Assembly: GCF_049243625.1 (NCBI RefSeq)
Contig: NZ_CP046975.1
Origin: Corynebacterium amycolatum
Lineage (GTDB): Bacteria > Actinomycetota > Actinomycetes > Mycobacteriales > Mycobacteriaceae
Strand: one strand, 5' to 3'
DNA length: 32,000 bases
Each line of letters starts with the position of its first letter. Positions within the stretch are counted from its first letter, which is position 1. The translations under genes were made by a program, and so were the position numbers. The notes beneath the pieces were generated by a model that saw only the letters and a list, made by a program, of their open reading frames with translations, was not told the DNA's origin and did not search any database. Below, piece by piece: positions 25,946-32,000 of this stretch.

Positions 25946-26002
25946 GTTGATTAATCAACTTGCCACCACATTGCACTCGGTGTAACTTTGCACCTTGTGC
26001 AA
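25946..26002. promoter_or_regulatory. Two palindromes upstream of and over the TetR gene start, candidate TetR operators
   Basis: gttgattaatcaac at 25946-25959 is a perfect 14-bp palindrome. ttgcac-ctt-gtgcaa at 25988-26002 overlaps the candidate start codon. Confidence 0.45.
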
Positions 26003-26692
26003 ATTGATGAAAAAGCTTCTCCCAGATTGGACCCGGGCGAACGTCCCGAATGCAGTCTCCGGGAGCTCAAAAGGTTTCAAACACACTGCGCTTTGGCCGA
26101 TGCCGCGACCACTCTTGTGCTGGATCGCGGATACGACCACGTCAACATCGAAGACATCTGCCAGCGGGTCAATATCAGTCGACGCACATTCTTCAATTAC
26201 TTCGACTCCAAGGATCAATCCATCTTCGGCAACGGCATCATGTCATTCGATGCTGACGATGAAGAGACATTCCTCGCCCAAACCCACCAAGACCCCATTG
26301 CGGACATGCTCAATTTCATCGAGAAAAAGCAGCGGGCCCAGCTACTCCGATATAAAGAGCTGGGGGCAACCGAGGAATTTCACCGCATGCTCAAGGAGCG
26401 TATCCGCGAGATTTTGCGCAATGAGCCAAAGCTCTCGACGGTTGTCATTTCCAATTTTGGCAGCTCAATGCGCCGCGTCCGGTCCGCATTTGAGCGCTAT
26501 TTCGAGATGAATCCACAGTCGCGCACGCACCCCGAGCTGCCCGTCGGGCACGAGGTAGCACTGTCGGTCGGTTTCGTCCGCGAATGCGTGCTCTACTCAT
26601 CGGCTCATCGGGACGAATTCACAACAGACACACCGCTTCACGACGCCGCCGACGTCGTTAAAAATTTCTGGAGGAGGAATAGTGACAGCTAG
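25988..26692 (+). CDS. TetR/AcrR-family transcriptional regulator
   Basis: HTH ...DHVNIEDICQRVNISRRTFFNYFDSKDQ. The start is TTG 25988 or GTG 25997. The 3' end overlaps the MFS gene start. Confidence 0.85.
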   Translation: MHLVQIDEKASPRLDPGERPECSLRELKRFQTHCALADAATTLVLDRGYDHVNIEDICQRVNISRRTFFNYFDSKDQSIFGNGIMSFDADDEETFLAQTHQDPIADMLNFIEKKQRAQLLRYKELGATEEFHRMLKERIREILRNEPKLSTVVISNFGSSMRRVRSAFERYFEMNPQSRTHPELPVGHEVALSVGFVRECVLYSSAHRDEFTTDTPLHDAADVVKNFWRRNSDS

Positions 26693-28280
26693 CAACACCA
26701 CTGCTCAAGGCCAAACCGACACCACGGTTTCTGACAACAAGTCCCACTTGGGAATCATCTTCTTCGCGCTCATTCTCACTATGCTGATGAGCTCGCTGGG
26801 GCAGATGATTTTCGCCACCGCCCTGCCGACCATTGTCGGCGAGCTCGGCGGAGTTGACCACATGTCGTGGGTTATTTCTGCATTCCTGTTGGCACAGACT
26901 GTGGCAATGCCGATTGTCGGCAAGCTCGGTGACATGATTGGGCGCAAGGGCCTGTTCATGATGGGCATCGCTCTGTTCATGATTGGTTCCGTCATGGGTG
27001 CAGTCACCAGCTCCATGAGCCTGCTCATCGCCGCCCGCGCTTTTCAGGGATTTGCTGGCGGTACATTGATGGTTTCCTCACAGGCCATCCTGGCCGAGGT
27101 TATTCCCGCACGCCAGCGCGGTAAGTACATGGGCATCATGGGTGCTGTGTTCGGCCTGAGTTCTGTGCTGGGACCAGTACTGGGAGGCTGGTTCACCGAC
27201 GGCCCGGGCTGGCGCTGGGGTCTGTGGATCAACGTCCCGATGGGCGTGATTGCACTATCGGCAGCTGCGGCCTTCCTGAAGCTGCCCCGACGCCAGCGCG
27301 AAGGAAACTTCGACTACATCGGTACGACGTTCTTGACCGCTGCTGCCTCGACGCTAATTCTCACCACCACGTGGGGCGGTACACAGTACGACTGGAACTC
27401 CCGGATCATCATCTCGCTTATCGTTGCCTCTGTCGTTTCCTGGGTGCTGTTCTTCCTCACCGAGACTCGCGTTTCCAACCCACTGATTCCGACGCACTTG
27501 TTTAATAACCGGAACTTCGTGCTCACGACTGTGTCGGGCCTCATTCTGGGTATCGCGATGTTCGGCACTATGGCCTATATTCCGACCTACCTGCAGATGG
27601 TGCACTCAATGTCACCGACCGCTGCAGGTTTGATGATGACGCCGATGATGGTCGGCATGCTTCTGACCTCGATTGGCGTGGGCCAGATTGTTTCCCGGAC
27701 TGGTAAATACCGCTTCTACCCCTTCGTCGGCCTGATGATTATGGCTGTCTCCCTCTACTTGCTGTCCACGCTGGAGACCACCACCCCACTGTGGCAGGTT
27801 GGTGTTTACCTGTTCATCATGGGCTTCGGCCTGGGAACCGGCATGCAGGTTCTGGTTCTCATCGTGCAGAACTCCTTCCCGGTCGCCATGGTCGGTACCG
27901 CTACCGCTGCGAATAACTTCTTCCGCCAGATTGGCGGTGCGGTCGGTTCCTCCATTGTGGGTTCGATTTTCATCCACCGGATGAAGGACCTGGCAGGCGA
28001 ACGCGTTCCGGCGGCTGTCGAACAAATCAAGGCCGCATCACCGGAGGCTGCAGCGGAGTTCGCAAAACAGATGGGCCCGGAGGGCTTTTCCTCTAAGTCG
28101 ATTGGCTCACTGACACCGCATGTACTGGATAGCATGCCGGCGCCAATCCATGAAGCGCTGATCTCCAGCTACAACGATGGTTTGACGCCGATTTTCTTGG
28201 TACTAACGCCAGTGATTATTCTGGCAGCAATCATTGTGTTCTTCGTTCGCGAGGATCCTTTGAAGGAAACCGTCGAGTAA
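26682..28280 (+). CDS. DHA2-family (14-TMS, EmrB/QacA-like) MFS efflux transporter
   Basis: GTG after AGGAGG. 532 aa with ~14 hydrophobic segments and motif A GKLGDMIGRKGLF. The gene is coupled to the upstream TetR gene. Confidence 0.9.
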   Translation: MTASNTTAQGQTDTTVSDNKSHLGIIFFALILTMLMSSLGQMIFATALPTIVGELGGVDHMSWVISAFLLAQTVAMPIVGKLGDMIGRKGLFMMGIALFMIGSVMGAVTSSMSLLIAARAFQGFAGGTLMVSSQAILAEVIPARQRGKYMGIMGAVFGLSSVLGPVLGGWFTDGPGWRWGLWINVPMGVIALSAAAAFLKLPRRQREGNFDYIGTTFLTAAASTLILTTTWGGTQYDWNSRIIISLIVASVVSWVLFFLTETRVSNPLIPTHLFNNRNFVLTTVSGLILGIAMFGTMAYIPTYLQMVHSMSPTAAGLMMTPMMVGMLLTSIGVGQIVSRTGKYRFYPFVGLMIMAVSLYLLSTLETTTPLWQVGVYLFIMGFGLGTGMQVLVLIVQNSFPVAMVGTATAANNFFRQIGGAVGSSIVGSIFIHRMKDLAGERVPAAVEQIKAASPEAAAEFAKQMGPEGFSSKSIGSLTPHVLDSMPAPIHEALISSYNDGLTPIFLVLTPVIILAAIIVFFVREDPLKETVE

Positions 28281-28310
28281 TTAATTCGCGGGAGCCACAG
28301 CTCCCGGCAG

Positions 28311-28943
28311 CTATGCCCCCACCTGGCCGTCGGCGCGGTCGAGCTTGTCCAGAATCGGACGGTTCGGCTCACCGGCGGCTTCTGCTTCTTCCTGGACGCG
28401 CTTCAGCGCACGCTCCTCTGGCTTTTCCAGGAGCTTTTCCAAAATAATGACATCGCGCCACTGCCCCGCCATTGGGCCGTAGGTCATCTTTGCCATGTGG
28501 TGGTAAATCCCCACTTCTCGGAAGCCAAGCTTTCGATGCAGCTTTAGCGATCCCACATTCTCCGGGAAGACCCACGAGTGAATCGACCAGCAGCCGCGCT
28601 CCGTGGCATCGTCGATAAGCTTCTGCAGCAGCGTCGCCGCCAGCCCCATGCCCTGCCCGTCAGGGTGGACGTAGATGGAGTCTTCGATGACGCCATTGAA
28701 AATCGGGCGCTTGGATACCGGCGCTGCTGATGCCCAAGCCAGAATCTTATCCGGGTTCTCTGCGTCGACGGCGACGTAACACAAATCCACTCGTTTGAGT
28801 GCGATGAATTCGTCCCACTCCGGAGCGGAGTGCTCCCACGACGCATGCCCCGTATCCAGGCCAATCTCGTAGATCTCTTGGATCTGTGGATAGTCCTCTT
28901 CACGCATCATTCGAATCGTGAAATCGCGCTTCTTTTCAGCCAT
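28311..28943 (-). CDS. GNAT-family N-acetyltransferase (phosphinothricin-acetyltransferase-like) with an acidic C-terminal extension
   Basis: Start at MAEKKRDFTIRMMREEDY.... The acetyl-CoA motif is ...VHPDGQGMGLAATLLQKLI.... The ORF-track start at 29075 is rejected because that upstream part has no homology-like sequence. Confidence 0.8.
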   Translation of the reverse strand: MAEKKRDFTIRMMREEDYPQIQEIYEIGLDTGHASWEHSAPEWDEFIALKRVDLCYVAVDAENPDKILAWASAAPVSKRPIFNGVIEDSIYVHPDGQGMGLAATLLQKLIDDATERGCWSIHSWVFPENVGSLKLHRKLGFREVGIYHHMAKMTYGPMAGQWRDVIILEKLLEKPEERALKRVQEEAEAAGEPNRPILDKLDRADGQVGA

Positions 28944-29007
28944 AACTACAAGTGTGGCTAATTTTTTCGCGCACGTCGAACGAAACGGCAAAAATATTGT
29001 AAAAAGA

Positions 29008-29760
29008 TTACTTTCTCCTGCGTGGTCGCCCGCTTCCGCCACCGCTTCGACGTCCGCCACGGCCACTGCGCGCATGCTTTACGACGGCCCCAGCGCGCTG
29101 CCGGCGGGCTTGCTTAGCAAGCGTCTTTTCTCGGGCCGACAACTTCTTCGGGTGCTCATCAGGGTTCCTGCGCCCCAGCTGCGTGCGTGTCGATCCCTCC
29201 CGACGCCCCTGGACAATGCCGACGAACTCCTGCCGGAGCTCGTCGTCCTCTGCTTTCGGCCACACCAACCAAATAGCTGTGCGGGACAGCGGATCTGTGG
29301 CACCTTCCTCGGCCACCAAGTTCGATGAGGCCACCGCCTTCTTCGATAGCGCCTTCAAAATCGTGCGAGGCCCCACTACGACACCTGCACCAGTGGCTGC
29401 GACAGGCAGCATCTGTCGCAGCTCGTCCGCATCCACGGAGGTCAGCAGCACAGTTTCGTCTGCCAACAGCTCCTCCGGCACGGACTCTGTGAGCGAGAAT
29501 ACGTGTTCTTTTTCGTAGGCCACGCCCCAGGCTTCGTCGTAAAGCCGGATGCGATGGAGCGACTCGGGCAGCGAGCTTTCAGACTCTAACCGAACCAGCG
29601 CCATGTCAGCGGCACCGCCGACCAGGTCGGACATCGGATCGTCGGCGGCGTGGGTGTGCAGTGTTGCCGGAATCCGCTCTCTAAAGCGGCGAAACCACTT
29701 CTCGGGACTGGTGCCGGTGGCGAACACGATGCGCAGGACGGCGGGTTCAGGAGTCGACAT
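29008..29760 (-). CDS. LysR-substrate-binding-like domain protein lacking an HTH, with an Arg/Gly-rich basic tail
   Basis: Start at MSTPEPAVLRIVFATGTSPEKWFRRF.... A periplasmic-binding-fold-like body is followed by the tail ...KHARSGRGGRRSGGGSGRPRRRK. The longer ORF-track form (to 30243) overlaps the divergent gene and is low complexity. Confidence 0.65.
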   Translation of the reverse strand: MSTPEPAVLRIVFATGTSPEKWFRRFRERIPATLHTHAADDPMSDLVGGAADMALVRLESESSLPESLHRIRLYDEAWGVAYEKEHVFSLTESVPEELLADETVLLTSVDADELRQMLPVAATGAGVVVGPRTILKALSKKAVASSNLVAEEGATDPLSRTAIWLVWPKAEDDELRQEFVGIVQGRREGSTRTQLGRRNPDEHPKKLSAREKTLAKQARRQRAGAVVKHARSGRGGRRSGGGSGRPRRRK

Positions 29761-29800
29761 ACTCCGCAAGGTTACTCGAATGGGTGCTAGCGTTGAACCC

Positions 29801-30193
29801 ATGAAACCCCTAACCGCAGCCAAGAAACTTGGCATTTTCCTCCCGGCCACACCCGAGGAATTTCGCACTGGTGAGATTTCGCACGCGCAGTTTGCGGAAC
29901 TGCAGTCCAATCCGCCGGAGTGGCTCGCTGAGCTACGTCGCAACGGACCGCACCCGCGCCCGGAAGTTGCCCGCAAGCTGGGCATTACTATCACGGCGTT
30001 GAAGAAGAATGACATGGACAAGCCGCTGACAACGGCGGAGATTAAGGATTTGCTCGAGCAGATGCCGGAGTGGCTGGAGGTCGCTCGTGAGTCCATGGCG
30101 AAGCAGCGCGTGGAAGCCGCTGAGGCAGAGTCCAAGAAGGACGACGGCCCTGGTCGGGCTGCCGCCGAAGCTGCTCGCAACGCCGAGAAATAG
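29801..30193 (+). CDS. DUF5997-like small protein (HTH-like segment, Ala/Glu-rich tail)
   Basis: MKPLTAAKKLGIFLPATPEEF...PEVARKLGITITALKKN.... Alternative start at ATG 29780. Divergent from the 29008..29760 gene. Confidence 0.7.
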   Translation: MKPLTAAKKLGIFLPATPEEFRTGEISHAQFAELQSNPPEWLAELRRNGPHPRPEVARKLGITITALKKNDMDKPLTTAEIKDLLEQMPEWLEVARESMAKQRVEAAEAESKKDDGPGRAAAEAARNAEK

Positions 30194-30235
30194 CAGACAC
30201 AGCCGACACAGCCGACGTCTTCAAGGAGGATCCTC

Positions 30236-31009
30236 GTGGCCATCGACTACACCGCACATGCAATCAACCACAAGGGCAACGGTACGGTTGTCCTGATTGG
30301 CTCGCTGGGCACCACACAGGGGATGTGGGAGCCACAGGTAGCCGCTTTGAGCGAAAAGTACCAGGTCATCACGCCAGATGTCCGTGGCCATGGCGAATCC
30401 CCTATCCCCGAGGGTGAGTGGGACATGAGCCACTTGGCCGCCGACATCATCGAGGTCCTCGACGAAGAGGATGTTGACCGCGCACATTTTGTGGGACTAT
30501 CTCTCGGCGGCGCTATCGCCCAGACCGTCGCACTAGAACACGCCGATCGTGTGGTCAGCCTGACGCTGTCGTCGACGGCACCGAAATTCGGCACACCCGA
30601 GGCCTGGCAGGAAAAGGCCGAGCTCGTGCGCGACAAGGGCACGGTCGCGCTCGCAGACACTGTCGTCCGCAACTGGTTTACCGACGAGTGCTTCGACACC
30701 ACCCCTGAGCTCCCCGCCCGCTTCCGCGACATGATCGCAGATTGCCCCGATGACGGCTACATCGGCGCCTGCGGAGCACTGTCCCGCTTCGACACCCGCG
30801 AGCGCCTCGCCGAGATCACCGCTCCGACGCTGGTCATCGCTGGCAAGCAAGACACCTCTACGTCACTCGACGTCGTCACTTCGCTTCACGACGGCATCGC
30901 GGGCTCGACCATGGTCGTCGTTTCGCCGGCCAAGCACCTGCTTAACCAGGAAACCCCGGAGTACTACAACTCTGCTCTGCTGGCGCACATTGATGGGATT
31001 GCCGACTAG
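30236..31009 (+). CDS. Alpha/beta hydrolase, 3-oxoadipate enol-lactonase-like
   Basis: GTG after AAGGAGG. 257 aa with the nucleophile elbow GLSLGG and the C-terminal ...KHLLNQETPE (catalytic His region). Confidence 0.85.
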   Translation: MAIDYTAHAINHKGNGTVVLIGSLGTTQGMWEPQVAALSEKYQVITPDVRGHGESPIPEGEWDMSHLAADIIEVLDEEDVDRAHFVGLSLGGAIAQTVALEHADRVVSLTLSSTAPKFGTPEAWQEKAELVRDKGTVALADTVVRNWFTDECFDTTPELPARFRDMIADCPDDGYIGACGALSRFDTRERLAEITAPTLVIAGKQDTSTSLDVVTSLHDGIAGSTMVVVSPAKHLLNQETPEYYNSALLAHIDGIAD

Positions 31010-31037
31010 CGCCTAATCGAAGCAATAAAAAAATAAA

Positions 31038-31098
31038 AATGACGCGACCTGCTCGCTGTCCATTCCACAGGGACGGCGCACGGGTCGCGTCATTTTTT
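31038..31098 (+). terminator. Long-hairpin, bidirectional-looking terminator
   Basis: aatgacgcgacc (31038-31049) pairs with ggtcgcgtcatt (31083-31094), with further inner pairing. An A-run lies upstream and TTTTTT at 31093-31098. Confidence 0.7.
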
Positions 31099-31563
31099 CG
31101 AGTGCAATTGGAGGTTGCTATGACTGCAGTGGAAGAAACTCGGATAATCAAGGGAACCGGTCTCCACCTGATGCTCATACTAACGACCACCAGCACTAAT
31201 GGGAATAAGAAAACGAAAATGTTTCGTTAATCACCCCCATGGCGACTACCTCACACACACAACCCCCGCACCCCAAAGCCCCAGCGGCCCAACTAGCAAA
31301 CATGACAAAAATAGCCATTCACCTGGCTTTGTAGGTTAGCATTACCTAACATTGCCGACCGTCGCTGATAGCCCAAAATTCAATAGCAACCCCCAACCGC
31401 AACGGGGGTAGTTTTCCGGGAGGGCTGAGCGCAATATCCGTCGTCAAGCGATTCCACATCACCAATCGGGAAAAAACTTTTAAAAAAACAAGTGTCTCTC
31501 ATCACACTCATGCATAATGGGGTACAACAGTCATAGTCACTATGACGATGAACCGAGGCCATC

Positions 31564-31588
31564 GCGTTTATCTGCAGCGTTTATCTGC
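31564..31588 (+). repeat. Tandem 12-mer upstream of the acyl-CoA dehydrogenase gene
   Basis: gcgtttatctgc (31564-31575), a, gcgtttatctgc (31577-31588), ~60 bp upstream of ATG 31646. Confidence 0.8.
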
Positions 31589-31645
31589 GACGTACGAAAA
31601 GGCCTTAAGACAAAAATTCCACGACAATATTTCTAGGAGCATGTC

Positions 31646-32000
31646 ATGAAGGACTTTCTGCCCCGTACTCACTTCGAAGAAGAGCACAACATGTTCCGCG
31701 ACATGGTTCGCGGCTTCGTCGAGAAGGAAATCACCCCGAACGTAGAGCGCTGGCACAAGGAAGGTCAGCCGGACCGCGAGGTCTTCAAGAAGGCCGGTGA
31801 GCTCGGCCTGATTGGTATGTCCACTCCGGAGGCATACGGCGGCGGCGGAGAGATGGACTTCCGCTACAACCAGGTCCTGAACGAGGAGCTCTCCAACGCT
31901 GACTGTGGCTCCATCGTCGTTTCCTTCGGCGTTCTCAACGACCTGGTCGCTCCGTACCTGGCTAAGTTCGGCAACGAAGAGCAGAAGCAGAAGTACCTGG
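31646..32000 (+). CDS. Acyl-CoA dehydrogenase (5' partial, runs off the window)
   Basis: Not in the ORF track because there is no stop. ATG after AGGAGC. MKDFLPRTHFEEEHNMFRDMVRGFVEKEITPNVERWHKEG...GLIGMSTPEAYGGGG is the typical ACAD N-terminal domain. Confidence 0.85.
   Translation, partial: MKDFLPRTHFEEEHNMFRDMVRGFVEKEITPNVERWHKEGQPDREVFKKAGELGLIGMSTPEAYGGGGEMDFRYNQVLNEELSNADCGSIVVSFGVLNDLVAPYLAKFGNEEQKQKYL

Noticed and set aside
29761-30243. N-terminal 160-codon extension of ORF 29008..30243
   Set aside because: The extension is Ala/Ser/Arg-rich and fully overlaps the convincing divergent DUF5997-like gene. The homologous-looking protein starts at MSTPEPAVLRIVF (29760).
31335-31355. gtaggttagcattacctaac looked like an operator palindrome
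   Set aside because: On writing out the reverse complement it is not a true inverted repeat.
1-32000. Search by eye for tRNA, rRNA, CRISPR arrays, integrase/transposase genes, toxin-antitoxin pairs and defence-system genes
   Set aside because: None could be supported. There are no spaced identical repeats of CRISPR type and no cloverleaf-like or rRNA-like segments. No ORF carries tyrosine-recombinase (R..HxxR..Y) or DDE hallmarks.

Overview
The window reads as a high-GC Gram-positive chromosome, probably Corynebacterium. I infer this from core gene content and order (ychF, xseAB, DUF4245, glpX, fumC) and from a copper locus laid out like the C. glutamicum CopRS regulon.

It splits into two parts.

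(1) Positions 1-16.4 kb are accessory DNA. Three metal-resistance modules sit in tandem:
- Cd/Pb-type: cmtR plus a P1B ATPase.
- Copper: copRS, copZ-like, copB, DUF305, CueP-like, multicopper oxidase, tlpA-like and ccdA.
- Mercury: merR, merA, a small Cys-pair membrane protein and an arfB-like gene.

Each module is bounded by a direct copy of the last 15-18 nt of ychF with an adjacent stop codon. Only the copy at 16404 is attached to a ychF body. No integrase or transposase gene is present in any module; the only recombinase trace is a short serine-recombinase-like fragment. By eye these modules are clearly more GC-rich than the core. This was not computed.

The copper module is heavily decayed. 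Five genes carry frameshifts, in-frame TAG codons or truncations, and three of the frameshifts sit in 7-nt G/C runs.

(2) Positions 16.4-32 kb are conserved core. In order: ychF, an AI-2E transporter, a membrane protein with an Arg/Gln-rich tail, xseA, xseB, DUF4245, glpX, fumC, a TetR plus DHA2-MFS pair, a GNAT, an HTH-less LysR-substrate-domain protein divergent from DUF5997, an alpha/beta hydrolase, and the 5' part of an acyl-CoA dehydrogenase.

No tRNA, rRNA or CRISPR array was seen. All homology statements come from reading the translations and motifs by eye. No searches were run.
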